From contig CM068769.1 of NCBI GenBank assembly GCA_035084275.1, positions 2,170,001 through 2,234,000 of the forward strand: a stretch of 64,000 nt of DNA, written 5' to 3'. The stretch comes from Hydrolagus colliei (lineage: Eukaryota). The first letter of the stretch is position 1. Every line of letters starts with the position of its first letter. The translations under genes and the position numbers were made by a program. This document shows positions 46,569-59,345 of the stretch, piece after piece. Under the pieces are notes generated by a model, which did not search any database, had not been told where the DNA came from, and was given only the letters and a program-made list of their open reading frames with translations.

Positions 46569-47190
46569 GCATTTCTCTCTCAGCTATCTACTCTCTTGCC
46601 TCCCTCTGTGCTGTCTCCAATCTGATGTCTAATTGCCAGCGATCGACGCTCTATTTCCTCTTCTCTGCTACCTAATCTCCCCCACGCTCATCTGTCTCCA
46701 TTGTTCATCCCCACGCATCTTACCCTTCATTCGTTCAGGGATAAACAGACAAAATAATTTTGCGTAGTATATTTCACAGCAATAGGACCTCCCGTGGTGG
46801 AAAGCGGGAGACTTGCACCAGAGCTGGTGATTGAGTTCAGGAGAGGCGGTAAGTAGAGAACGTAGGTCTAATAGGGTGGCAGAAGGCACGGTTGAAAAGA
46901 GGATCTTGAGGTGTCTCCTGATGGAGGCAAGCGAGTGGGCGAGATTTAGCGACTGTGGGATGGAGTTCCAGATGTTGGGAGTAAAGAAACTGACGGCCAT
47001 CCCGCCTATCATGGGTCGGTCTACGTGGAGACAGAGAAAGACATCTTGGACTACAGCAGCGATGTGAGGATGAATGACAGTTGACGGTCAAACATGATGC
47101 TTTGTGATAAAGTCTTTGTTTGGGTTATTAACAATACTCACAGAATAGAACAAGCAACTTGAGGATGCAGAAGGAGCTGTAAAGGAGCAT
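36350..47190 (-). CDS. Multi-exon type I membrane receptor gene: signal peptide - SRCR - Ig - Ig - TM - ITIM/ITIM/ITSM (intact vs pseudogene unresolved)
   Basis: Ten GT-AG exons found by hand: 47142-47190, 46202-46291, 44058-44366, 42225-42508, 40309-40593, 39786-39879, 38931-38958, 37969-38012, 37146-37186, 36350-36457, plus a candidate stalk exon 40024-40067. Phases are consistent except for a 1-nt deletion in exon 4 and the Ig-to-TM junction. Confidence 0.85.
37146..37186 (-). CDS. Receptor cytoplasmic exon (YASVRIVPRLVPPL)
   Basis: 41 nt, tttgtttttgtttcAG acceptor, GTGAGT donor, phase 1-0; completes ITYASV across the junction. Confidence 0.8.
37969..38012 (-). CDS. Receptor cytoplasmic exon (RPVPERGGPQSSNIT)
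   Basis: 44 nt, ttcttatttctcccAG acceptor, GTGAGT donor, phase 2-1. Confidence 0.8.
38931..38958 (-). CDS. Receptor cytoplasmic exon (AKQNSPSGE)
   Basis: 28 nt, ttttgtttttgcAG acceptor, GTAAG donor, phase 1-2. Confidence 0.78.
39786..39879 (-). CDS. Receptor transmembrane exon
   Basis: WIWIHIAGLAAGIVTVILIAVIFLTICLYSR; no charged residue in the TM core; polypyrimidine acceptor and GTAATT donor. Confidence 0.88.
40309..40593 (-). CDS. Receptor exon 5, C2-type (LILR/KIR/GPVI-like) Ig domain
   Basis: PLQKPNISMKTDSQMLMSGEHTEISCAGNYPGSNFSLYRNGE...TGNYSCQYST...FTSPESERVRITEP; 285 nt, phase 1-1. Confidence 0.93.
42225..42508 (-). CDS. Receptor exon 4, C2-type Ig domain with a 1-nt frameshift
   Basis: SLQKPTINLKPDFRVFVRGERAEISCSGNHLGSNFSFYRDDQFI[-1]SQLAPESNSTATFFTSEISTGSYCCKYTTHSENRDFTSPESNRLEVSLL; 284 nt vs 285 nt for paralogous exon 5. 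Confidence 0.9.
43430..43870 (-). mobile_element. L2-like LINE 3' fragment (intronic)
   Basis: (ACA)n tail plus GA-rich body resembling the other L2 copies. Confidence 0.55.
44058..44366 (-). CDS. Receptor exon 3, SRCR domain (group B-like, single exon)
   Basis: [46 protein letters not shown]...CSGNESALRECP...HDNDAAVICS; 309 nt, phase 1-1, AG acceptor and GTAAG donor. Confidence 0.95.
45520..45760 (+). mobile_element. CR1-clade LINE 3' fragment
   Basis: ACTCAGAGGGCAGTGAATGTATGGAATTCT...GATGCTCAGTCC...AAGACTGATATAGATAG...TATGTTCTTA. Confidence 0.7.
46202..46291 (-). CDS. Receptor exon 2, linker IFLERIVLESAGHDMTSQPEPAIGILAPT
   Basis: Acceptor ttttttgtacttgtgcAG, GTGAG donor, 90 nt, phase 1-1. 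Confidence 0.75.
46535..46563. repeat. (CT)n microsatellite
   Basis: Perfect CT dinucleotide run. Confidence 0.95.
46770..47075 (-). mobile_element. L2-clade LINE fragment
   Basis: ORF 46668-47012: IGGMAVSFFTPNIWNSIPQSL...RRHLKILF. Confidence 0.65.
47142..47190 (-). CDS. Receptor exon 1, signal peptide MLLYSSFCILKLLVLF
   Basis: ATG at 47190-47188, 49 nt, phase 1, GTGAGT donor. Confidence 0.72.
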
Positions 47191-47984
47191 AGCTTGGAAG
47201 CGCGTGTCTGGGTCTTGGTGATGGGGGCAGGTGTTTTACGCAGACTTGGATATAAACCACACGGTGGAGATATTCGTGACAGCTCTTGGGGCGATCGCTA
47301 AATTCCGTGATCCACAGACGCGAACTTCCCTGTAACACGTAAACAGGGTACGTGCACTGACCTCAGGAAAGCAGCACAGCTGATTATGTATTTTACTGTA
47401 ATTACAACTGAAATATCTGCACCCCCGCTCCCGCCCACTATAATCTGCCAGTTACTATTAACCGTTGAAACTGTGTAATCGTTGAAGAAGTATGGCTTCA
47501 GCGCATTGGACTCCAGCAGTTACCCACAAGTCCAAATAGGATATGAAGAACTTTGAAATGATGTACTGGAGATTTACGAGGACGATACCAGGGTTGGATG
47601 ACGGCAGTTATGTACAGAGACGAGAAAACGTGAGATTGGTCATGTTAGTTTAGTGCATTTACGGGATGTTTTAGTGGATTTAGTCATCAAATGTATGAGC
47701 GCTATGATGAAGTAGCCAGATAGAATCTTTGTTCCAATTTTATTCACCCAAGGAAAAATCATTGGCAAAAGCAGCGGAGTGGACACAGGAGAAGCAGATT
47801 TTCCTCACGGCAAAGCTGTGAGGAAAGACACTCTCTGAAAGTGTGGTAGAACAAGGTTCAATACAAAATTTTCAGAGGGGAAGTGGAAAGGTACTTGAAA
47901 AAGGAAAGGGTTGCGAATTCCAGCGTAGATGAAGGTAATTGAAGAGAATAAATTGGCAACGATATCCAACAACAGAAACCATAG

Positions 47985-48360
47985 AGCGCTTTTCACGTCG
48001 GGAGGACGTCCCAAGTTAGGTCGGTACCCGAGACGGGAGGGGTGGGTTGGGTGGGGCGGGGGCGGTTTAGGGTATGGCACGTAGGAAAGTGGGGATATTT
48101 AGGAGGGGAACCGAGTGTACCCTTGAAGAGGAATGTCTTGAGACAGGCCTTAAAGCAGAAACGGCAGGAAGTGGGCAAAAGGGATTGCGGGATGTATGTA
48201 GGGGCAGAAAGGCTGAGACCCCAACCAACGATGGTAGGGCAGATGGGGCGAGCGACGTGGAGCAAACTGGTGCCCGCTGAACGGAGGGGACGGAAAGGCT
48301 GATATGAAAGTAGCAGGTAGGAGAGATAGGGGTTGCCCGTCAATGGCATTGACGGGGTTG
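47985..48360 (-). mobile_element. L2-clade LINE fragment
   Basis: ORF 47993-48349: YLSYLLLSYQPFRPLRSAGTSLLHV...FKACLKTFLF. Confidence 0.7.
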
Positions 48361-49435
48361 CTCGTCAATACCATTGACAGTTGTATAAATAAATAGTCGA
48401 GAGGTAGGACTTGTTCTATCTCCGGTTCAATGTGCTGAAAGCCCTAAATCTTGTAGCATGTATGATTCAACGATTTCATAATGTATACAATCTTACCAAA
48501 CTGTGGGATCCTGGCAACTTAACACAGATCATCACAAGGACCGGCTCACAAAACATATAGTCAACTCATTTTGTGGTGGAAACTGCGAAGCTTCATGTTA
48601 TGTCTTGAAGATCTCATGCCTTATCAGAGCCACAAATTTTAACCCGAAGCATAGCTCTGACCTACCTCCCGCCTCGCACCCTAACCCTAACTGGAAATCC
48701 TCACGAATAAATCAAACCTTGAACCACACAAACCAACCTGGACCGCATCTTGGCACTAATACTGAGCCTCCACACTTACGTTTTTGATTTACTTGGCGGA
48801 AATCAACAACAGGAGACAAATTAAAACGCACAGTTTCTGAGAAGCTGACCGAGGAAAAACAGTTGCGATAAAGCCACTGAGATATGAACACTGATATCTG
48901 CAGTGTGCTTCTGTAGCGATACATTTATACTTCAGCTCATCACGGCATCAAAACGTCTGGAAACCACCACTAAATGCGAAGAAAAAACAAAATGTGCCAG
49001 TCTGTCTGTCAATCATTTTTTATCATTCTTACCTGCCTGCCTGCCTGCACGCCCGTTCGCCCGCCACACGCCAGAGAAATTGTCCAGACGAATTCAGAGA
49101 ATAAAATCTCCGTTACACAAACTGTGCTGTTGTATTTATTCATTTTCCTTTGCATGAATGTATGTTTGCTTAGTTTGTCATAAGAATGCAGTAATAACAA
49201 TCCCTGCATTTGATATATCGCTGTTCACATCTCATAGACGTCTCAAAGGGCTGTACAGCATACTCTGTGCATTGACAATATCTGTGGGCGAATTGCAGCA
49301 GTCAATTGCACACATCAGTATGAAAATAAACTGTCGAGGATTGAAAAAATGCACAATCTGCAATTCAATTGATTACCTCAAGGGAGAGATCCAGAGAGAG
49401 TGATGGAGGGAAAACAATTGAGAGATAGCCGCACT

Positions 49436-49482
49436 ATGTGTGTGTGTGTGTGGTGTGTGTGCGTGTGAGAGAGAGTGAGAGT

Positions 49483-49518
<36 letters not shown>

Positions 49519-49545
49519 TAGAGAGAGAGAAGGAGAGACTGAGAT
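49436..49545. repeat. Compound (TG)n-(GA)n microsatellite
   Basis: Visible TG then GA dinucleotide runs. Confidence 0.9.
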
Positions 49546-52500
49546 TATAAAAGGCAGGATGAGTAAGAGAAAGAGAATGAGAGAATAATCTGCAGCATGT
49601 GAAGGAAGTAGGCAAAGCCGACAAGGAGAGAGTCGAGCCAATGTTTGATGAATCCATGGATTAGCGTTTTTTAGCTACGTGGTAGTCTGGCAATGTTGCG
49701 CAAGTGGTGGGAAAACATTTAGCTCGCAGACTTGAGGAACTGTGATCGACTCCGTGAAGACAAAAACATTATGCAAATGTGCTTGCTTCACACAAATGAT
49801 CTTTCTTACTTGCTTACTTAGTGATAAATCGATCGCACTTGCACGCCAATTGTACGATCGCATTCCAGTGGAAATTATTCCACCTTGAACAAAGTATTAT
49901 AACGACTGATTGGTCAGCGGATCGACAAAAATATGTGGGATAGTATAGTGCATAGTGGTTTTCCAGATTTGGGCCACATATATGCAATCAAGCCGCTTGA
50001 TACTACATACTGTAAAACACATTGAGACATCTGGAAGACGTGCAAACCGCAACATCAAATGCAATGAATATTAGTATTATCAGAGTCAGTATATTGTATA
50101 GTGCATCATTCAAAATGTTTTTGAGATGTCGTTAATGTGTCTTCCCAAACCATGTCAAAAGTCTTTGTGTTTCTCCGATAAATGTGTAGTCAATTTTCCT
50201 ACTATCCTTCCCCAAAACACTACCCTTCCCTCCCTGCTCTGGTCTCTTCCTCTTTCCCCTCCTTTCTCCCTCATTTTCTTTTCCCTACCTCGACAACTTC
50301 AGCCCTGCTCTGGTCCCCACCTAGGGACCTATTTTTTTATTCTGCCAAGCTTTTTGAGACGTCGATAAGACGGTGAAAAGCGCTATAAAAGTGAAAGGAT
50401 TATTATTATTAATTATTATATCGTTAACCTAACATCTAACAACATCATCAATAAAATTACATTTGCAAAGCGACTTTCATGTCGAGAACACTCGGGCACA
50501 AACACATATCCTAACCTTTACACGAACCCTGATCTTAAGCTGACACACCATCACCTCCCCCAGCTTCTCGTTTAGTTGCTGGAAATTAACTCAAATTTTG
50601 AACGTAAAAATAGAACAAATGTGAGCAGCATAAAGTGTTAAAATAGGTGTGACAAAGAGTCTGAGCTGTGATCTCTGTGGTTTCCCTGTAGGTGGATATA
50701 CGTGCTTTTCACTCATCAGATCAAGTCAGCTAAGCACACTTCATCAGCTTTTCAACAGAAAAGAAAATCTGCTACATTTATTCTTTCTGAAGTATCTGTA
50801 TGCTTCTATGTCCACGTGTGGCTATCTCTCACTCTATCTTTCCATCTCTTTATCGCTCTCTCCCACTCACCAACTGACTCCATCTCTGTCTCCCTTCATC
50901 TTGCTATCCGTGGCTGACTATCTCTTGCTCTATCTCTGTCTCTACTTCGCTTTCGCTCTCTCTCTTCCTCTCACACACTCCTTATATTTCTGTATTCAGT
51001 GCTAACTGTATGGTTTTAGTAATATTCATAACATTTACATATTATGTCAAAATAATTTACATTTCCGAATAATGATCACAATTAGAATTAATCATTCTGA
51101 TTGATGATAATGCCAGGTAAACGCAGTGATATTGTACATGTATCCATTGCTGAAATATTTGTATCTTCACGTAATGAAATTCTACAGTATGCTTCCACTG
51201 CTGAGCTACAATCTGCCGACCTCTCTATTGCTTTTTGTGAAAAGAGTGAACGTTGATATATTGCCTGTCATGTAGAGAGGAAATCTCAATGCAGAGAACA
51301 GTCGAAGTTGCAGTGAATTTCAAAAATTCACTTCGCTCAGTGCAAAAGGGCTGAGTCCTATTTTTAACATTGTGAGCCCTGGTTCTATTTTCTCCAACCT
51401 GGGGAAAAAGACTCCAACTGTCTAGCCTGTACCGCAGAGAGGTACAAGGCACCATTCAATTCGCGAGTTTAGCTGATAACCAATAGTAAATTACACAGGC
51501 AGTTGCCAGTAGGTGCATATTAATTTAGTTAGCGTGAAATCTTATGCTAAAATATTTTTCATTTATCCAAGCCGTAAAACTCCCTCGGAGACACGGTTTT
51601 CCCTGTATTAGTACCAGTTGCCAATTTTGGTATCTCTGCACAATCAGAACCATATCGTCCAGCGATTCCCAATGATTGAAGAAGCTCTTCATTTTGAAGT
51701 GGTGTTTTGGGGGCAGTCGATGCAGATAGGAAGCACGGATTGGAGACTCTTGGTTTGATCAGTGAGGAGCAGGCCAGACTGCCTGAAGATCTGTGCTCCA
51801 TTTGTGGGATTGATTGTGTGTGTAGATATGATCGCATATGTTTACAAGGTAGACATTAATCCACCTACGCTGCTTTCATTCTAACAATAATATCTTTAAA
51901 ATATACAAAATAACAAAAAAACGATATCCTTTCAACCCACGACTCTTTATGGGGGAGGCTGTTGTGCGCAATTAGCTGCCGCATTTCGCCCACAAATATA
52001 CGATCACTTTACAGTATATTCTATGAAGCGCTTTGAGACATCGAAAAGTTATCAAAAGCTCGAAATCAAATGCCAGGTTTATAATTACTGTTATCCAATC
52101 CCACCAGGCCTCACAGCTGTTGCCTAATGAACGTGTCACGTTGGATATGTAAATGACGGGAATGTAAGATTACACTTTGAATTTTAATCCTAATTTTTCT
52201 TCCAAACTAGAGAGGGTGGCTGGATGCAGGAATCGCTGTTATTCTCGCTTCTGAATAAAATATTGTGTCAACCATCATTAACGTTGGTCATTCCCACCCA
52301 TGCTGTTTGTGGGACGTTACTAGAACAATAACGAGTTGCCACATTCATTCGCAGCATACGCAGTCACTTCACTTTACTGTATGCTTTACAAAGTGACTTG
52401 TCCTGTTGTAGAAGAAGGACTATCTGCCAAAAGCAAGAATTATTATCCTCTTGGTTGCGGAGGAAGTATAGGTTGAGCCTACAAGACCTGTTGCTGCCCT

Positions 52501-52859
52501 AAAGAATGCCGCCACTACAACTCTCAACAAGGCCCAGCTCTGATGCTCTCTCACACACTGATCTCTCGCATTCTCCAGCTCACACATTCTCTATCTCTCT
52601 TTGTCAGTACTTCTCCCACACGCTCCTACTTTCTCGCTCTCCCTACGCCATCGGTTTCTCTCAAAGTTTCGCTAACTCTCTCTCGCACAATGCATCTGAA
52701 ACTCTTAGTCTACCATTCTCTCACAGACTATGTCTATCACACAGGCTGTACCAGTATCATCCGTGTATTTGCACATTATGCAGTGCCTCTGCATAATGTC
52801 ATTCATTTGCTTAACAGAACTATCAACGGTACAGCATGGTAATAATAACATAATATTTA

Positions 52860-53170
52860 ATATAACATTTTTCATATCTTAGTGACGTCCCATAGCGCTT
52901 CACAGAATATATTGTGAAGTGAATTGACTGTATATTTGTGGGCGAATCTCAGCAACCAATTGCACACAGCAGCGTCCCACAAACAGTCGTGGATTGAAAT
53001 TACCAATTTGATCATTGCGGTGTTTTGGGAGGGATTATTATTTGGCATGTGGAGTAAGGAAACTTGCTAAGGTTTCGCCCTGACCTGCTTGGAAACGAAC
53101 ATAGGTCGCCACAGCTTGGTCTCCAGGCTTGCAAGTAAAGTGCTATAAACAATAAGCCACATGAGCTCCG
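52860..53170 (-). mobile_element. tRNA-derived SINE
   Basis: Same family as 8882-9222 (GGAGCTCATGTGGCTT...GTTCGTTTCC...ATTTCAATCCACGAC). Confidence 0.8.
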
Positions 53171-55204
53171 AAAAGGTGGTGGAGGACAATTCGAAAACAA
53201 CTTTTAAAAGTTTTATTGATTTGGGGAGGATGGGTGTACAAGTTTATGGGAAGAGAGCTGGGGAGTGGGATTCAACTGCTCGTGTCAAAGACCCTGCATA
53301 GACCGAATGGCATCCTTTGTAGCCATTGTATTATGTTATGCTATGATTGCTAACCTTTATCCCATCTAACTATCTCTTCCAGCCAATTTATTTGGCCTTG
53401 CTGAAATCTTGCATAATATTTAAGTGCCAAGTAAACACATTTCCCTAATTTGCGCTAGAACTTTCTCAGATTTTGCAGTTTATACCAGATGAATTCAAAT
53501 CCCACACGAAAGTGATAATATTGAATATGTTGTCAAAGTTCAACCGTTGATGTTTCGTTGAACCACCGTCAAGACGTTAGCTTAGCGGCCTTATCACAAA
53601 GCAAGCAGCCAACGCACAACTCATCGCAACCACCTTCAACTCCTCGCTTATTTGATCGATTGACACAAAGAGAAGATCTAGAAACAAACAAACCGAGGAG
53701 CTGAAATTCGCCAAAGATTGATTATCTAAAACACTTGAGTCACTGATACATTCACAAGTGGAAACAGTTTATTCATGTTTTCCCCATCGAATCCCCTCAT
53801 GGTTTTGAAAAGCTCTGTAAGGTCTCATCGTAGGGAGCACTCAATGGTCTGATGGTTTCGATATTCTGAAGGTTCATTACTCCGCAGGTTCGATAGTCCG
53901 ACGCACAAATTTCCTATTCCAGTGGGGTTTACCGTGATTACCGCTTGAAAGTCCAAACCGACATTGAAATAAGTTTTGTTAATGCCAACATTTGGTGCGA
54001 TCGTCCGAAGGTTCATTCATCCAAATGTTTGGGTCACGGTTAGGCTTAGGGTTAGGTTTACGGTTATGGTTAGGAGAAGCTTCGGACAAACGAACATTCT
54101 GGCTATCGAGCGGTAACCTTTTCGTAACCTTCTCTGCTCCAATATGAATCAATATAGCCTCTCTAGCCTTTCCTCACAGCTGAATTCCATCTTTCCTAGT
54201 AGCATCCTGGTATATCTCTGCTGCACCGTTTCGAATGCCTTTCCATCGTTCCTAAATTGTGGTGACCAGAATTGAGCACAGTACTCCACCTTAGGACTAA
54301 CAATTTTTGCAAAAGGTTAGTCAGAACTTGCTGACTATTGCACTCAAAAGAAATCCTCTCACCAATCCATTTATTCTAAACTTGCTTCCCAATAGCATAC
54401 CAAACCCGCGGACAGATATTCTCGTGTAGGTTGGTGTCTGTTTTCGACTGACTTCTCTCTCTGTCTTCTCTCACACACAAAATGGATTACATGCCACCAT
54501 ATTCACCCTCTCTGTCTTTCTTTTTCTAGGCCTTTGAAGTCAGCTATTAAGTAGAGATACAGTCTGTGCCACGTTCTGGACAGATATCAACAATTCCACT
54601 GTGGGACTGGCGAAAGAGAATGAAGTTTCTCCATGTATTGAGTCAGTATGCTCTTAAATTCAAGTATGTGGAACAGTTAATACTCGACGTGGTTTCAAAT
54701 GGAAAAACAAACAAACATGAGTATAGCTGGATCGTTGCGGTGCCAGCATTAGCAAATTTACCAGAGAGAAAGCAGAAACCACATCAAACTCCATGCTGAA
54801 AGCGTTGAAACAATTAACCGCAAATCAGAGAAAAACAACTGCACAGCAATAGCATTTCTGTAGAGGAGTTTTGTCTGCAAATGTGTCTGGTCAGAACGAC
54901 ACCATGAATCACAATCTGCGTTTTAGTTTCTCTAAAGTTCGCTGCCGCGTTTCGCCAACAGTTATACAGTCATATTTCCCTCTACGTCTCATCCTGCCAC
55001 TACCCCTCCCCCATGCTCCTGTCCATAGCTAACTGCACAGGTGAATTCTCATGCTATCCTCCCTCTACCTCTCCAAACTCTCCTCCTACCCCTTCCAACT
55101 CTCTCACTCCCCTCCCAACACTCTCCCGCCTCCAGCAACTCCCTCTTTCCCTTCACAACACCTTCCTACCGCTCCCAGCCCACTCCCTCCCTTCCCAATG
55201 CTCT

Positions 55205-56620
55205 CACAAAAACATAGGAACATGAGAATCAGTAGCTTGAGTTGGTCATTCGGCCCCACAAGCCTGCCACTATAGTTGATAAGTTCATCGATGATCTTCT
55301 GACCTATCTCGAATTACTTACCCCATCCCTATATCTACTAATCGCTCTACACTAAAACAAACCTTCAAGTCTGAGCCATGAAAATGGTCAAGAGCTGACC
55401 ATCTGCAACCTTCTGGGGTATTGAATTCCATAAATGCACTGCCCTCTGAGTGAATAAATGTTTCCTCAACTTTTTTCTAAAAGGCTGGCCCTTAATTTTA
55501 AGATTATGAACCATGGTTATAAATTATCCAACCAGAGGACACAGTCCCTCACTGTCTACTTTATACAGCCCTATAAGAATCTGATATGTTTCAGTAAGAT
55601 CTCCGCTAAATCACCTGTAATCTCGAAAATATAGCCCTAGTTTATTGAACCTATCCTCATCGGAGGAACATGCCCTCATCCGAGGAACTAACCTAGTGAA
55701 TCAACGCTGCACCCTCTCTAATGCAAGTGTGTCCTTTATTAAATAAGGAGATCAAAACCGCACGCAATACTCTAGGTGCGGTCTCACCAAAGCCCTATAT
55801 ATTTACAGCAAGACATCCCTACTCTTGTATTCAAAATCTCTTGTATTCAGACATCCCTACTCTTGTATTCAATTTCAAAATCTTTTGCAATGAACGCTAA
55901 CTTGGCGTTTGCCTTCTCAGTTGCTTGCTGCACATGCTATCTAAGTTTCTGAGCTTGGTTTACAAGGACACCCAATTCCCTTTGTACATTAACACTGTCT
56001 AGAAAAAGGTGGGTTTTTTTTTTGCGACCAATGTGAATAATTTCACAGTTCCCCACATTAACTTCTATCTGCCACCTACTCACCCAATCCCATGTCGACC
56101 TATATCCCATTGCAATATTTCTGCATCACCCTCAGTGCTAACATTGCTATCTAGTTTAATGTCATCCGCAAAATTAGACACGTTACATTCAATGTCCACG
56201 TCTAGATCAGTGATGTAAATTGTAACTAGCTGAAGCCCAAGCAGTGATCCTTGTGGCTTTCCTCTAGTTACATCCAGCTAATTCCAGAATGACACAATAT
56301 TATCCCTACTCTCTGTTTTCTACCCTTTAGCCACTCTTCTACCCATGCTAATATGTTCTCATTCATCCCGTGGGCCTTGACGTTGTGCAATAGCCTTTTG
56401 TGTGGCACTTTATCAGATGCCTACTTAAAATCTATATATGCCACATCTTCTGGTTCACCACTATCCAACCTGCGAGATACATCCTCAACAAACTCAAAAA
56501 AATTTAGTTAAGCATGACGTCTCTTTTGTAAAGCCATGCTCAATCTGCTTAATCCTGTTATGGGTTTCCAGGTATCCCTTAGCGCCGATTTTGAATAAAG
56601 ACTCAAGAATTTTCCCAGCA
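55205..56620 (-). mobile_element. Degraded CR1-clade LINE (RT region and 3' end)
   Basis: Minus-strand remnants of DFxKAFDKVP, FADDT and HLEYCVQFW-type motifs; 3' tail at ~55205. Confidence 0.75.
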
Positions 56621-59029
56621 CTCTCCCTACCCTCCGTCTCCGCATCTACTAAATTGTATATAACGCCTCATCACGTCTTCCAGATACTGCTGAAGAATAT
56701 GTAGTATATTCGTGTCAGAGAACTGAAATAAACAAAAAACGAACTTATCTAGTCGGTGGAGGGAAATCAGTCATCCCACATGCCAATACGGTAGTTTACT
56801 GTAAAGTTCAGAGGATTCACTTCGAAATATATTGGCCCAGGGATCCATCGCTGGGGAGAATGAAACGTGTGACAAATTGTCTTACTCCACGCGCACGTCT
56901 CTGTTACTTAGTAGCAAGTACACGCACATACTATCACTAGATTCAGTGTTCTCTGATGTAAAACACTTCGAGGCTTCTGTAAGCATAATAAGGAGCATCA
57001 TCTAATGAAAGGATTATTATCATATCCCAACTTTGTGAAACTCACTCTCACTAGTACACCACCTCTACCTTGTACCAAACTTACCCTCATACTTCCATAC
57101 CCTAAACTCTACATCGAATAATACCGCTCATTTTTACCTTATCATGCAGTCACTCAGTTCCCCAGTTTCACGATGATTTGTTGGAAACTAATACAAAGAG
57201 AAAAACTAACAATAAATAGACAAACAGTGTGAAACTGTGAGAGGAAAGCGAGGTGAGCTAAAGTATTTGAGCTGTAACAACGGATGTGTATGGTTTCTCT
57301 GTCGGTGGGTTTGTGTGTGTATCCCTACTCACATCAGGTAATCTAAAGACGACTTGTAGGCTGCCCTACAGCAGGGAAGACCCTCAGTCTTATTTTTTTC
57401 AACGTTCTTTGTGTCTTTCTTCCCACATATGTTCCTCTATCTCTCCCCGCCCCAACCCTCACAAATCGTTTCTATCTCGTGCGCAAACACACACGCACAT
57501 CAACATACACACAAACTCACAGAGTCTCTCTCTCTGCACCATTCCTCCTCTCTATCTCAATCTCTGTCTCTCTCTCTCTTCCAGTCTTACATGCACACTT
57601 GAACTGTTTCGCACAGACATCATCCCCCCGGTCCGGGTTCCCATCACCCGGTCCCAAGCCTTCACTACCTATTTTTGCACCTAGGGTGAGATGATATACT
57701 GAAATCCATTTTGCGCGTTTCTGCCATGCTGATGACAAATGCTAAAACTCCCATTAAGCGTTTTAGTAGCGAGATGGATATTGACGCATGTATCCTTACC
57801 AGCTCAGTTGAAACTCCATGAAAGTCTTAACAATGGACAAATTGCAAAATAATGCAAATAATAGTTGCATCCTTGACGTCTTCAAAACGTCTCAAAGCGC
57901 TTCACACAATATCCTGTGATGTGAATTGACTGTATATATGTATGCAACGTGCAGCAACAATTGCGGATAGCGGTGTCCTACAAACCCTGCTTGAATCTTC
58001 AATCTATTTTAATATTAATGATAATACTAATAATCCATGAGTTTGAAATATCATCCTATCACCTGTTTGAGACGTAGCAGATGAAGAATGAACTGTTCAA
58101 CTGCACATGAACCGGCCAGTTTTCATAAAGTGTTTGAGCGAAACTGTTCACTTGCTTGCGGAGGATGGGTTTGCGTGTTTATGGTGAGAGAGTTGGGGAG
58201 TGGGATTGACTTGCTCTTTGCAAAGTTCTGGCACAGACTCAATGGACTGAATGGCCCCCATTTGTGCCGTAAGTTTCTACGATTCTATGATTCTATCAGC
58301 ATACCAACATGCACGCCTGTGGATTAATAGTTTGATAATTTACCTCGAAATCTTGAGCGCCTGCATTTGACTCCCAGATAATTGCATACGTTCACCTAGC
58401 ATTCAGAAGCAGCCTGCTTTTTTATTGAATTGTTCGATCGTGTGTCATAGTTGTCCAACAAATGATGCAGTCACTGCATTTTAGAGTATATTGAGAAGTA
58501 TGGAAATTGAGAAGTGAAAAGAGCTCTATGAAATACAAGGATTATTATTATTCTGGGAAGTGCTTTGAGAAGTCTCTCAGGCATAATCAGGCTGTTTTCA
58601 ACACTGCCATTTCCACAGCAAATCAATAACTTTTTAGTTAAAAGCACCCAATATTCCTTGCCTAATTACCCCATTTGGTAAGCAGTTCAAATTGTTCACT
58701 CCATTTTTAGTAAAGGTGAACATCTTGCCATCAACCCTGAGTTTGTTCTTGTCTTTGAGTTCGACCTAAAATATTATTTTGTGTGTACTTGTTCAATGCT
58801 ACTTACATTTTAATACAGCTCCAAGAGATTTCCTTGGAGTCACGTTCTCAGAATTTTACCGTGCAGTTTCCTCTCGGGTTCGCCATTTATGATAGCCGTC
58901 CGATTTCACTTTTATAATCATCATTGTTTGTTCTGTGCCTCTGTTAGTGTGTGTCTCAGTTTGGAAGCTACAGTTGCGTCCACCAATTGCTGCGGTTGAA
59001 CATTTGAGTGATATCCTGTAGCTCAGCTG

Positions 59030-59345
59030 TTAGAGCAGTCGCTTTACAAGCTTGAGACCTGTGATGCGAATCGAGGCAAGTCTGAGAGAAACCTTGCGCA
59101 AGTTTCCTTACTCCACATGCCTAAAAATAATAATAATCGCTCCAACACAAAACAAGTAATATAAATTGATGATTTCAATGCACGTCTGTTGGTAGGGAAC
59201 ATTGATGTACGCACCTAGCTGCCGCATATTACACACAAATATACAGTTAATTCACTTGACAGTAAATCCTGTCAAGCGCTTTGAGCCGTCGATAAAATCT
59301 GAAAAGCGCCATATTAAATGCAAGGATTATTACTAGTAGTAGTAG
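59030..59345 (+). mobile_element. tRNA-derived SINE
   Basis: TAGCTCAGCTGTTAGAGC A box, GTTTCCTTACTCCAC body, TAG/ATT tail. Confidence 0.78.

Noticed and set aside
48780-48845. Exon-like 65-nt segment with a hydrophobic frame (SQKLCVLICLLLLISAK*)
   Set aside because: No in-frame ATG, a stop before the strong donor, and the receptor already has a better ATG-bearing leader at 47142-47190.
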